A stretch of 64,000 nucleotides of DNA, taken from contig JANRJO010000057.1 in assembly GCA_033763935.1 (NCBI GenBank), positions 71,972 to 135,971 of the forward strand, written 5' to 3'. Shown here in pieces: positions 36,687 to 51,176 of the stretch (position 1 is the first letter of the stretch; each line of letters begins with the position of its first letter). Below the pieces are notes generated by a model. The model searched no databases and was not told the DNA's origin. It saw only the letters and a list, made by a program, of their open reading frames with translations. The translations under genes were made by a program, and so were the position numbers. Origin of the DNA: Bryobacteraceae bacterium. Its GTDB lineage: Bacteria; Acidobacteriota; Terriglobia; Bryobacterales; Bryobacteraceae.

Positions 36687-37667
36687 ATGATTACGAATCG
36701 CGAAATCACGACCACGATGCCACAGCCGGCGGCAGTTATTCGCTTGCAGATGCCGCGCAACCAGATCCAGTCGCTGATGGGCCCGGCCATTGAAGAAGTC
36801 CGGCAGACACTGGAGCAGCAGGGGATCGAGCCCGCGGGACCGCTGTTTGCCCACCATCTGGTGCTTTCCGGGCACGAGTTCGACTTCGAGGTGGGCTATC
36901 CTGTCAACGGCAATGTGCGCCCGGCAGGACGCGTCACGAGGAGTCAAGCCCCTGGGGGCAGGGTAGCCCGCGCCCTATACCAGGGCGATTACGCGGGACT
37001 CTATGGCGCCTGGGCGGAGTTCGGCGAGTGGTTGAAGCAGCAAAACGTGCAGCCCGGCCGCACGGTCTGGGAGCGCTATCTGCGCGGACCGGAGTCCGAT
37101 TCGAATCCCGCGTCGTGGCAGACGGAGTTAAACTTCCCTTTGTCCGAGAGTTCGCAGAGCAAGGAGGATGCTATGGAATCAACCGGTACGACGGCTCCGA
37201 CGGCCGTGCCCCAGGAGCAGCATCAGTGGTTGCACCGGCTGGTAGGGGAGTGGACGTTTGAAGGGGAGGCGGTGATGGGTCCCGATCAGCCGCCCATGAA
37301 GTCTACGGGGTCCGAGACGGTCCGCTCGCTCGGGGGCCTGTGGGTGATGGGAGAGGGGACGGGCAACACGCCGGGTGGGGCCATGCAGAGCGTCATCACG
37401 CTGGGTTACGATCCGGCGCGAAAACGCTTCTCGGGCACCTTCATCGCCTCCTGCATGACGCATCTCTGGATCTATGACGGCGAGTTGAACGGGGACGTTC
37501 TCACACTCAGTTGCGAAGGTCCGGCGATGACTCCAGGCGCTCCGAACGCGCCGTACAAGGACGTGATCGAGCTCAAATCGAACGACGAGCGGCTGCTGAC
37601 GTCGTTTATGCAGACGCCCGACGGCAATTGGGTGCAGTTCATGAAGGCTACCTACCGGCGCAAGTAG
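36687..37667 (+). CDS. two-domain protein: GyrI-like effector-binding domain fused to a DUF1579-like domain
   Basis: The N-terminal 160 aa resemble GyrI-like/AraC effector-binding folds. The C-terminal half (HRLVGEWTFEGEAVMG...LWIYDGELNGDVLTL) is DUF1579-like. Single frame, no intervening stop. Confidence 0.5.
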   Translation: MITNREITTTMPQPAAVIRLQMPRNQIQSLMGPAIEEVRQTLEQQGIEPAGPLFAHHLVLSGHEFDFEVGYPVNGNVRPAGRVTRSQAPGGRVARALYQGDYAGLYGAWAEFGEWLKQQNVQPGRTVWERYLRGPESDSNPASWQTELNFPLSESSQSKEDAMESTGTTAPTAVPQEQHQWLHRLVGEWTFEGEAVMGPDQPPMKSTGSETVRSLGGLWVMGEGTGNTPGGAMQSVITLGYDPARKRFSGTFIASCMTHLWIYDGELNGDVLTLSCEGPAMTPGAPNAPYKDVIELKSNDERLLTSFMQTPDGNWVQFMKATYRRK

Positions 37668-37731
37668 CCGTCCTGCCCCGGCTCGCAAGAGTTGCGATTG
37701 AATCTGGAGAAACGAGACAATCGCTGGATCT

Positions 37732-39657
<1,926 letters not shown>

Positions 39658-40848
39658 TTATGGGTCGTCGGGCCGGCGCGGGGTGAGCCGCGAGGGCGGC
39701 GTGAGGCGCTCGCGATCGATGGCGCTTTCCCGTTTCTCCTTGCGCAGCCGATCGCGGAACCACTCGGCCAGCGGCGTGGCCCGCCCCTGCCCATCGAAGA
39801 GCCCGTACTGAAAGTGGTCGTCGGGATCGAATAACTGCCACTCCACGACGTAGGCGGCGCCCCACGCCAGCGCCGCCGCAACCACCTCGTCGGTGCGGGC
39901 GACTGAGGCTTCCGGGGCGTTCCTGGCGAAGCCAGCCTCGCCAACAATGATGGCGCTCGATCCCACTATCTGTTGAACCGTGTCGAGGTCGGCCCACAAC
40001 TGCTTTACCGGATCGGCTGTGGTGATGCTCTCCCAAGCCGAATAGGAGACGTAGTCGAAAGGAACGAACGGAAGCACGTCGTAGAGAACGCTCGGTAACC
40101 CAGCCTCGCGTAATGCGCGGACAATGTTGAACTCCGGCGCCAGGAACACGCGGATCCCTCCGATGCTCTCCTCCTGGGCCCGTGTCCTGCCGTCCGATAC
40201 GCCCTTCGCCCGCGTTCTAAACCAGAGCCGAAGTCCCTCCAGTGCCTGCTCCGGTCCTTCGATTCCGTACAGTTGCCGGTACCGCGCGCGGCAGTTGGCG
40301 CGGAACGCCGCGTCCCGCGCATACAGGAACGCGTTGCCGCAATAGATCGAGTGATCCGATTCCCAATTGGAGAGGATGAATCGCTTGGCGGAGTTCCGGT
40401 ACGTCCGATAGAGATAGAGCGTAAAGTCGCTGTACTCCCGGATCATGGCTTGGGTTCGCTCCGGCGTGTAGAACAGGGGATCGAGGAAGGAGAGACGTCC
40501 GCAGTCGCTCCACGAGACGCCGTCGTACGCAGTCAGAATGAGGACATCGATATCCGGGTGATCGAACGCCGCCCTCATTTCCGTACTCTGCGCCGCAACG
40601 GTTAGGGTGAACCCTTTCCAGCATGTTTGGGAGAGCCCGTAATCAAGAAGCGCTCGAGGGGAGACGGCGATGCGCGCAAGGCGCCCGCCGAGGCCGCTGA
40701 TGGCGTTCATCGCCTCAGCGAACGGCCTCGCCGGCCGTGGGCCCCAATGGTATATACCGATGCGGCTCTCGCCGGGCGGCCGTCCGGCAAGGGTGCCGGC
40801 AACGGCCACGAGCCACAGAAGACTCCGTGCAGCTCGCTTCGCACTCAT
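39658..40848 (-). CDS. hypothetical secreted protein (possibly glycoside-hydrolase-like TIM barrel)
   Basis: Signal peptide. No firm motif. Confidence 0.4.
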   Translation of the reverse strand: MSAKRAARSLLWLVAVAGTLAGRPPGESRIGIYHWGPRPARPFAEAMNAISGLGGRLARIAVSPRALLDYGLSQTCWKGFTLTVAAQSTEMRAAFDHPDIDVLILTAYDGVSWSDCGRLSFLDPLFYTPERTQAMIREYSDFTLYLYRTYRNSAKRFILSNWESDHSIYCGNAFLYARDAAFRANCRARYRQLYGIEGPEQALEGLRLWFRTRAKGVSDGRTRAQEESIGGIRVFLAPEFNIVRALREAGLPSVLYDVLPFVPFDYVSYSAWESITTADPVKQLWADLDTVQQIVGSSAIIVGEAGFARNAPEASVARTDEVVAAALAWGAAYVVEWQLFDPDDHFQYGLFDGQGRATPLAEWFRDRLRKEKRESAIDRERLTPPSRLTPRRPDDP

Positions 40849-40905
40849 ACGTCACTCCTGCTGAGTAACGCGGAATCGAGTTAGTAAGTGTGCCAAAGAG
40901 CCAAA

Positions 40906-41859
40906 TTACTCGCCGGCCAGTAACACCTTCAAGACGCCGCGTTGGGAGGCGCGTTCGAAGGCCGCCGCCGCTTCCGGCAGGCGAAAACGCTCCGAAATCA
41001 TCCTGTCTACCTTCACCTTCCCTGTTCTAAGTAGACGAATCGCCGGCTCAAAGCGGCCGCATCGGGATCCCACGAGCGTAATTTCGTTGACGATCACCGG
41101 CGCGGTATCTATCCTGACGTGACCATGAACGGTAGATTTGAGGATCAGTGTTCCCCGCGGCCGCAGCAGGGACGCTGCTTGCGACAGACCTTCCGCGGAG
41201 CCAGTGGCATCGACGGCAAACTCGTACCGGCCGTGCGGCAGCGTTGTCGTGACCTCCGTCGCGATGCCTGCCGTACTCGAGAGGGCGAGTTTCTCCCGAT
41301 GCCGGCCGTAATGGTGCACTTTCGCACCTTGGGCGTGTAACACCTGGGCGATCAGCAGGCCCAGCTTGCCGTCACCGAGCACGGCCACTTCCCTGCCCTT
41401 CGGAATCCGCACCTGGTCCAGAATCTCGCACGCCGCGGCCAGTGGCTCGACGAAAACGGCGTGTTCAGTAGGGATCGAGTCGGGGAGCACGTGGAGATTC
41501 CGCTCCGGCAGGTCGATCAACTCACGAAAGGCGCCTGGGTGCCGCACGATGCCGAGCACGGTGCGCGTCGGACAGTGGCGGCCGAGTCCTCCGGCGCACC
41601 ACTCGCACGCGCCGCAATTCAGGTTGATCTCACCCACCACGCGCTTCCCGCGCAGCGAAGGCGTGTCGCACTCCACCACCTCGGCCACAAACTCGTGGCC
41701 CGGAGTTCCGCGGAAGCCGTAGTAACCCCGGCGAAGTTCCAGGTCCGTATTGCAGATGCCGCCCGCGAGCAGCCGCAGCAGGGCGAAGCCTTCGCGCCGG
41801 CGCGGCTTGGGCCGCTTGACGATGGACACGTGGCCGGCTTCGAGGTGGACGGCGATCAT
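40906..41859 (-). CDS. zinc-dependent medium-chain alcohol/polyol dehydrogenase
   Basis: GICNTDLELRRG...GHEFVAEV (catalytic Zn ligands). CGACEWC structural Zn. Rossmann GxGxxG. Confidence 0.8.
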   Translation of the reverse strand: MIAVHLEAGHVSIVKRPKPRRREGFALLRLLAGGICNTDLELRRGYYGFRGTPGHEFVAEVVECDTPSLRGKRVVGEINLNCGACEWCAGGLGRHCPTRTVLGIVRHPGAFRELIDLPERNLHVLPDSIPTEHAVFVEPLAAACEILDQVRIPKGREVAVLGDGKLGLLIAQVLHAQGAKVHHYGRHREKLALSSTAGIATEVTTTLPHGRYEFAVDATGSAEGLSQAASLLRPRGTLILKSTVHGHVRIDTAPVIVNEITLVGSRCGRFEPAIRLLRTGKVKVDRMISERFRLPEAAAAFERASQRGVLKVLLAGE

Positions 41860-44834
41860 CGGAGGCGGATCTTCACGTCGTTGCTCGCCTGCCCGTCGAT
41901 CCGGATCACCACCATGGCATCGCCCGCGGGCAACCCGCCCGGCACTTCCACGTTCACCTGGTAAAGCCCTGGGAAGGTGGTCCCGCCGCTGTACAGGACG
42001 CGCGCCGGCCGGCCGCCGATCGACACCTCGGGAGTCGACGCCGTTTCGGGCGGCGCGGGGAAGACCGCGCGGAATGGCCCCAGGCCTGTGCAGTAGATCT
42101 CGAGAAACTCGCCCGCCGCCGCGGGACTCTCCACCGTAGTGATCCCCGTGTTCGCGATGAGGACCGCCCCGTAATTGGTAGCCGTATCAAAGAAGATGCC
42201 GGGATGCACCGTCCGCAGAGGAACCCGAGCGGCGGTGGAAGCGCCGAGCCGCGTCGTCACCACGACTTCCGCCTCGGCGGCGGCGGGGAGCGTGGAGGGA
42301 ACCAGGAAATTGATCTGCCGGTCGTTTGCGTAGGTGAGCAGCGCCGGGATCCCGTTCACGGTCACCTGCGATCCGCCCAGCCGCTCCGGGTATCCGAGTG
42401 CAAGCGTGGCCTCCCCCGGCACGCCGGCCGCCAGGTTCGCTCCGAACACACTCGCAAAGCCGCCCGGCGTCAGGCCGCCGCGGTAGCTGGCGGCGTTCAC
42501 GACTCCAGGGTCGAGAATCGCCGGCCGGCCTAGGGCGGTGACAGTGAGGCCGGGTTCGCTCGAGCCTTCGACCGAGGCGAGCAGCTCGTTCAGCGGATTC
42601 CCGCCCGGAGTCCAGGTGAAGCGGACCAACCCCTGTTCGTCGGACACCGCCGTTGCCGGGTTCGCTTTCCCTCCGGTGGAAGCGGTCACGCGGACAGTCT
42701 GGCCAGCGTAGGGAACCCGGTTCACATCGAGCACACGGAACACGACGGGATTGGCCAGGGGTTGGCCGGCCGTGGCGAGCTGCAGGTCGCCAGACACCGC
42801 CGAAACTCGAAGCGAACCCGGCGCGGCGAGCACCTGCACTTTCGCGACGGCCGTCTCATAGCTATCGTCAATGCGCGCGGTGAGTTCGTCGACGCCGGCC
42901 CGCAGACCACGCACCTCGAAGGTGGCGCGTCGCTGGCCCGCCGGGATGATGACGGCGTCCGGGACCGCCGCCGCGCCGCCCACGGACGAGAGCCGAACAG
43001 CGGCCGGCGCAGACACCGGCGAGGAGAGGGTCACGAACGCGGTAGCGGTCCGCCCGGCGAGGACGCCGCCTGCCGGCGCCAGCGACAACTGGACTCCTCG
43101 CAGGAGGGCGGTGTCCATCGACGCCCGCTCCGAGCTGACTTGCCGGAAATAGGTCTCGAACTCCCGCCGGTACGTTTCGACCTGCTCGAGCTGAGCGGAA
43201 GTAGGCGGCGTGCCGGAGGGCGTGACCAGGACGAACGCGGCGCGGAATCGGCGTTGGGAGACGGTATGGTCCGGGGAGCGCCGTCCCTCCGCCTGTACGA
43301 TCTCCTCCACCCGCACGTCCCGTCGCTCCCCATGGAACAGCACACCGCGCAGGGGAGTCTGGCTGTGGGAGCGGGTGCTGTTCACCACCAGGAAGGTGGG
43401 CGGTACGTCCTCCGCGGCGCGGAGCCCCATCAGGTACTGATCGAGAGGCGAGAACCCCTCCACGGTGCCGGTCGTCTCAAAGCGCGGGAACACGGACGCG
43501 CCCCGGTCGAGGATGCGATTCCCTTCCAGCAGAGAGGCTTCCGAGTTGAAGTTAAAGCCCCAATGGGCGCTTTGGAAGCCGAGTAGGGGACGGGCTGTGG
43601 GGCTGAGCGGGTCGCGAATGCTGGCAAACGCGAGGAACAGGTGACCCGCTTCGTGCGCCAGGATGCTCAGCGGGGTATCTCCAATGGAGGAGCGCAAGGG
43701 AACCAGGCCCCGCGGATTCACCGGGTATTGGCTGAGGGGGCCCATGTTGATGACGGCCTGAAGGCGCCGCGCGGAGCCGTAGGTAGCGCCGGAATCCACG
43801 AGCGCGTCGCCGTAGCCGGTTCGCTCATTGCGGACTGTAACTTCAAACGCTACAGCACCCTCCCGGGAAGGCATGTTGAAATTGTTGAAGAAAAACAGGT
43901 AATCGTAAGCGTCTTCGAAAGATTCGTAGAAGCGCTGAGCCGCCCGAACAGTGTCCAGCTGCTCTGTCCCGGGGAAGCTCTCCGCCACCGCGCCGCTGAA
44001 CTCCTCTGTCGAGCCGGCAGTGAAGGAGACGACCTTGGTGGTCCCTTGGAGGCGTCCGGGCGCGATTCCCACGACGATGTCCTGGCTACGAATGGTCCCG
44101 TAGGCGAACTCGATGCGGCCATCCGGGTACAGTCGGACCTGGAAGATCTGGATTCGCCCGGAGCCGAATGAGGAGTACTCGGGGACGCCGTTCCAGGACA
44201 CTACCAGCCGCTCCGGGGAGGAAAGCACGCGCAGGTTTCCGGGCGACCGGCTGGGATCGAGGTCGCGGAACAGAGCCGCGATGCGAGGGGGTCCCGCGGC
44301 CAGGCGGCCGAGCGTGCGCGAGGCCGAGAGCGAATCCCCTTCGCCAAACGAAAGATTGCCGTCGGAGTTCAACCAGAAGCTGCGATATGAGGAGCCAAAG
44401 AATGGAAATGAAAAGGGAATAGGGACTTCACGGCTGTCGTCATCGTCGAGATCGACGGCAGTTCCGGTGACGGCGAGGGCGGCGTCGTAGGTAGCGGCGG
44501 AGGTTTCAAAGCTGTATCTGCCGCTCGAGGCGGGGCGGAAGGTGATGGTGCGCTCGGAGAGGTTGAAATCGTTCCTGCGGGCGACGACGCCGTCGGCGTC
44601 CTCCATCACCACGATGTTGCCCTCCGCGCGGGCCGCGGGCGCTTCGGCGGTCAGGCTGTTGAGACGGCGAGCGCCGCCGGAAGCGGCCAAGCGCGCCCTG
44701 GACTGGCGGTGGAGATGAAGCTCTTCGAGGTGCGTGAGGCCGTGCGTGCCGCAGACCATGGCCTCTTCGCGCGCCCCGGCGGGCGCTGTCAGCATGGCGA
44801 GGCCAAGCAAACCCAGGAACTGAGCTCTGCTCAT
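41856..44834 (-). CDS. large secreted protein with HEAGH zinc-peptidase-like motif, Ig-like repeats and Solibacter-type C-terminal domain
   Basis: Signal peptide (start at internal ATG 44834). LSILAHEAGHLF. Ig-like beta modules. C-terminal YSGGTTFPGLYQVNVEVPGGLPAGDAMVVIRIDGQ matches my recollection of the Solibacter uncharacterised C-terminal domain. 4-nt overlap with the ADH gene. Confidence 0.65.
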   Translation of the reverse strand: MSRAQFLGLLGLAMLTAPAGAREEAMVCGTHGLTHLEELHLHRQSRARLAASGGARRLNSLTAEAPAARAEGNIVVMEDADGVVARRNDFNLSERTITFRPASSGRYSFETSAATYDAALAVTGTAVDLDDDDSREVPIPFSFPFFGSSYRSFWLNSDGNLSFGEGDSLSASRTLGRLAAGPPRIAALFRDLDPSRSPGNLRVLSSPERLVVSWNGVPEYSSFGSGRIQIFQVRLYPDGRIEFAYGTIRSQDIVVGIAPGRLQGTTKVVSFTAGSTEEFSGAVAESFPGTEQLDTVRAAQRFYESFEDAYDYLFFFNNFNMPSREGAVAFEVTVRNERTGYGDALVDSGATYGSARRLQAVINMGPLSQYPVNPRGLVPLRSSIGDTPLSILAHEAGHLFLAFASIRDPLSPTARPLLGFQSAHWGFNFNSEASLLEGNRILDRGASVFPRFETTGTVEGFSPLDQYLMGLRAAEDVPPTFLVVNSTRSHSQTPLRGVLFHGERRDVRVEEIVQAEGRRSPDHTVSQRRFRAAFVLVTPSGTPPTSAQLEQVETYRREFETYFRQVSSERASMDTALLRGVQLSLAPAGGVLAGRTATAFVTLSSPVSAPAAVRLSSVGGAAAVPDAVIIPAGQRRATFEVRGLRAGVDELTARIDDSYETAVAKVQVLAAPGSLRVSAVSGDLQLATAGQPLANPVVFRVLDVNRVPYAGQTVRVTASTGGKANPATAVSDEQGLVRFTWTPGGNPLNELLASVEGSSEPGLTVTALGRPAILDPGVVNAASYRGGLTPGGFASVFGANLAAGVPGEATLALGYPERLGGSQVTVNGIPALLTYANDRQINFLVPSTLPAAAEAEVVVTTRLGASTAARVPLRTVHPGIFFDTATNYGAVLIANTGITTVESPAAAGEFLEIYCTGLGPFRAVFPAPPETASTPEVSIGGRPARVLYSGGTTFPGLYQVNVEVPGGLPAGDAMVVIRIDGQASNDVKIRLR

Positions 44835-44890
44835 GAGCGTACAACCATAAGCGACCATTGTAAGATAGCGCCTGAAAGGGGAATTGGCTC

Positions 44891-45757
44891 TTGGCCTTCT
44901 GTACGAACTGCGGTGCAAAAGTGTTGGACGATGCGAGGTTCTGTCCAAGTTGCGGGACGGCTCTCGGAACGGCTGCAGGAGGCTTTGCGGCCGCTCCGGC
45001 GCTGGTCAGCCAGCCGCTGGATTTCACGATCCAGGGGGACAACCTGCAGATTGTGCGGGTACGGCTTCAGCCGGGGCAGGAACTGATCGCCGAAGGCGGC
45101 AAGATGCTCTACAAAACGCCCTCGGTGGAATGGGAGACGCGCATGAGCGGCAACTCGCTCGGCGAGAAGCTCTGGGGCGCCGTGAAGCGCAAGCTGATGG
45201 GTGAGAGCCTGTTCCTGACCTACTTCCGGACGCGGGCAGCGGGAGAGGTAGGCTTTGCCGGCAATTATCCGGGGCGTGTGCAGCACTTCCACCTCGCGGC
45301 CGGGCAGTCCATCCTGGTGCAACGCGACAGCTTTCTCTTCGCCCAGAGTACGGTGACGCTGAACATTGCCTTGGTGAAGAAGCTCGGGGCGGGGTTCTTC
45401 GGAGGCGAGGGCTTCATCCTGGAGAAGCTCACCGGGCCGGGTGACGTGTTTATCCACGGAGGCGGCGATTTCGTGGAGTTCAACCTGGGGCCGGGCGAAG
45501 CCCTGCAGGTAGACACCGGCTGCATTGTCGCCTTCGACGAGTCCGTGAGCTACGACATCCAGTTTGTCGGGGGGATCAAGACCGCGATTTTCGGCGGGGA
45601 AGGGCTTTTCCTTGCCACACTGAACGGTCCCGGGCGCGCGATTGTGCAGTCGATGACGCTCGAGAAGCTGCGGCGGGAGCTGACTCCGGCTGCTACAGGT
45701 GGCGACGAGCGCAGCCCATTGGGGGCCTTGGGCGGTCTCTTTTCAAGCGAGGACTAA
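44891..45757 (+). CDS. AIM24/TIGR00266-family protein with N-terminal zinc ribbon
   Basis: CTNCGAKVLDDARFCPSCG zinc ribbon, followed by an AIM24-like (DUF124) beta-rich domain. Confidence 0.6.
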   Translation: MAFCTNCGAKVLDDARFCPSCGTALGTAAGGFAAAPALVSQPLDFTIQGDNLQIVRVRLQPGQELIAEGGKMLYKTPSVEWETRMSGNSLGEKLWGAVKRKLMGESLFLTYFRTRAAGEVGFAGNYPGRVQHFHLAAGQSILVQRDSFLFAQSTVTLNIALVKKLGAGFFGGEGFILEKLTGPGDVFIHGGGDFVEFNLGPGEALQVDTGCIVAFDESVSYDIQFVGGIKTAIFGGEGLFLATLNGPGRAIVQSMTLEKLRRELTPAATGGDERSPLGALGGLFSSED

Positions 45758-45836
45758 GTAAGAAAGACCTACTGTTGGCGGCGGCGCTTGCCGATACAGA
45801 TGAGCAGGGGTGTGTAGCGCACCCAGCGGCTGACAC

Positions 45837-46979
45837 GTGTCGGTAGACAACAACGGTAACGGGGTGCGAACGGGCGGGCAGGAGGATATCTCCCGCCTGA
45901 AGGACCACTTCCTGGCCAGCCTGAATCACGAAATCCGTACTCCGCTTACGGGCATTCTGGGGATGACGGATCTCTTGCTCGAGACGGGTCTATCCGAGGA
46001 ACAGAAGGAGTATGTCCTGGCCGCACGGGGTTGCGCCGACGGTTTGCTGGACAGCCTGAACGCGCTTCTCGAGTACTCGACGCTCTCTGCCGGCGATGTG
46101 CGGCTGGAAGACGAAGAGTTTCACATCGCCTCGCTGCTCGAAGAGACGGTTCGCGAGTTTCAGGTGCGGGCGGAGGCGAAAGGACTGCGTTTCGTCTACC
46201 TGCCCCATGCCAACCTGTCCCGGATCACTACCGGCGACAGCCCGCGTGTGCGGCAGATCCTCCGGCAGCTGTTGAGCAATGCGGTGAAGTTCACGATGGT
46301 AGGCGAGGTGGAGGTAATGGCCGCGTGCCGCGGGAGCCGGCTGGAGGTCTCCGTCCGGGATACCGGGATTGGGGTCTCGCCGGAGGACCTGAGCCGGATC
46401 TTTGATTCCTTTCGGCAGTTGGAGAGCGGCCTGTCGCGGCGTTATGCCGGCCTGGGCCTGGGCCTGGCCCTGGCACAGAAGCTCACGGTGCTATTGGGGG
46501 GCGAGATTCGCGCGTCCAGCACGCTGGGCGTGGGCAGCCAGTTTCAGTTCTGGATTCCGATCCGGCAGAGCGAGCACGACGGGGCGCCGGCGGCGCCTCC
46601 GCGCCCGCGACATCTGCCGAGACGTGTTCTGGTGGTGGAGGACAATCGGCTGGCGCAGACCGTGATCCGGCACGTGCTGCACAAGAGGAAGTACCAGGTG
46701 GAGTGCGTGGGGAGCGGAGAAGAAGCGCTCGATGTGCTCCGCGCCGAGCAGGTCGGGTTGGTGCTGATGGATCTGCAGATGCCGGGGATGACCGGCATTG
46801 AGGCGGCGGTGCGCGTGCAGCAACTGCCGAACGGCCAGGGCGTTCCCATTCTTGCCCTCACGGCCAATGCCTCCGACGACTACCGGATTCGCTGCCGGGA
46901 GGCGGGCATGAAGGAGTTCCTGTCGAAGCCCATCCAGCCCGAGGAACTTCTGCGGGCGGTGGGGCGTCACTTACCGTAG
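45837..46979 (+). CDS. soluble hybrid sensor histidine kinase/response regulator (no sensor domain)
   Basis: HisKA H-box LNHEIRTPLTG. HATPase_c G-boxes. C-terminal receiver (VLVVEDN...LVLMDLQMPGMTGIE). Confidence 0.8.
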   Translation: MSVDNNGNGVRTGGQEDISRLKDHFLASLNHEIRTPLTGILGMTDLLLETGLSEEQKEYVLAARGCADGLLDSLNALLEYSTLSAGDVRLEDEEFHIASLLEETVREFQVRAEAKGLRFVYLPHANLSRITTGDSPRVRQILRQLLSNAVKFTMVGEVEVMAACRGSRLEVSVRDTGIGVSPEDLSRIFDSFRQLESGLSRRYAGLGLGLALAQKLTVLLGGEIRASSTLGVGSQFQFWIPIRQSEHDGAPAAPPRPRHLPRRVLVVEDNRLAQTVIRHVLHKRKYQVECVGSGEEALDVLRAEQVGLVLMDLQMPGMTGIEAAVRVQQLPNGQGVPILALTANASDDYRIRCREAGMKEFLSKPIQPEELLRAVGRHLP

Positions 46980-47045
46980 CGTCCAGCCACGTTTCGTGAA
47001 GGGGAAAGGCGGGACCCCTGCGGTAGAATAAAGATAGCTCCTGCC

Positions 47046-49906
<2,861 letters not shown>

Positions 49907-49925
<19 letters not shown>

Positions 49926-50809
49926 GAGTTCTGGCGCTGGCCGCGGCTTCCTTCGGCGCGGTCCTGCCCGAGCGGGTAGGCACGGCGACGAAGACTCCCG
50001 GAGCGCCGGTTGAGACGCCAGGGGCTTTCGAATCCGAAGTCGGCCTGGTCGAGGCGGAACAGGCCGGCTACGGCCGCCTGACGGTTTCCGCCTGGAAATT
50101 CAAAGACTCCACCGGGGCCTACAGCTTCTACCTGGCAAGGCGCGGCGCGGGCGGCCAGTGGCAGCAGGCAGGCAACTATGTGCTTTGTTTTGAAGGAGGT
50201 AGGCTGCGAGGAGCCGATCTTGAGGCCCTGATTAAGGGACTGCCGGGCCGCACGGATGATCCGCTGCCCACGCTGCCGGGCTTCTTGCCGGAACAGAGCA
50301 AAGTGGCCGGTTCGGAGCAGTTTGTGATCGGTCCGGCCGGGCTGGCGGCGTCGGAACCTCGCCTGGACGCCTCCCTTGCGCTCTTCGATCTGGGGACGGA
50401 GGTCCAACTGGCGGCGTATGAGGGGGGTGTGACCCTGGCGCTGATGGCCTTTCCTACGCCTCAGATCGCCCGCCAGCGGCTCCCTGAGATCGAGAAGGTT
50501 CCCGGGGCTACCGTCCGGCGGTCGGGACCGCTGGTGGCCGTCGCATTCGGCACTCCCGCGGCGGCGACGGCGATCGCAGACGCCGTAAAATACGAGGCCT
50601 CGGTCTCCTGGAATCAGCCGACGAAGGACTACTTCAGCGGCAACGTCGCGGACATGCTCATCGGTATCTTCAAGCTAACAGGCTACATTCTCGTGTTCTG
50701 TATTGGTGCGGGCCTGTTCGTGCTGGGAATGCGCCGGCTGGGTCGTTGGCTGAGTGGCAGTCCAAATGCTGTAGAGCCGATGATTGTGCTCGATCTCAAA
50801 GACAAATAA
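49907..50809 (+). CDS. hypothetical secreted protein with C-terminal TM anchor
   Basis: Start at [18 protein letters not shown], overlapping the secA 3' end by 19 bp. C-terminal [19 protein letters not shown]. Confidence 0.4.
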
Positions 50810-50879
50810 CTGGCCAGTTATCTTGATCTTGGACCGAAACAGATCGGTCCGCGAGGGCTTGCGGGCGGCCGACGCGGAA

Positions 50880-50958
50880 GAGGCGCTTGTGATGGAAGGA
50901 TAGGTAAGGCCTTTGTTCATAAGGAATTACGAACAAGACAAGCGCCTCGGCTTTTTTT
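50880..50958 (+). terminator. rho-independent terminator (11-bp stem GAGGCGCTTGT/ACAAGCGCCTC, large loop, then GGCTTTTTTT)
   Basis: Seen in sequence downstream of gene 49907..50809. A TTGACT -35-like hexamer follows immediately. Confidence 0.5.
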
Positions 50959-51077
50959 CTTGACTTGCCCTCCTCGGAAGCCCTAACATCCAATCACAAC
51001 GGTTTTGACGGGGTTGCGATTCCGTCGAATCTGATTCTCCCATGAACATCACCCTGGCGATCCCAGGGGTTTACGAA

Positions 51078-51110
51078 ATGCTCACCTCCGGGTGAGCATT
51101 TTCGTTTTCG
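51078..51110 (+). promoter_or_regulatory. terminator-like hairpin in the rnj 5' leader (ATGCTCACC-TCCG-GGTGAGCAT + TTTCGTTTTCG), candidate attenuator
   Basis: Perfect 9-bp stem with a T-rich tail, 78 nt upstream of the rnj ATG. The stop codon of a 17-codon leader ORF (51042..51095) lies in the 3' arm. Confidence 0.4.
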
Positions 51111-51176
51111 CGGGGGCCGCCGCCATAGCCCTGTTATGTAAGAGTGTGCGGTCACGAATGGTAACCTGTTCTGTAG

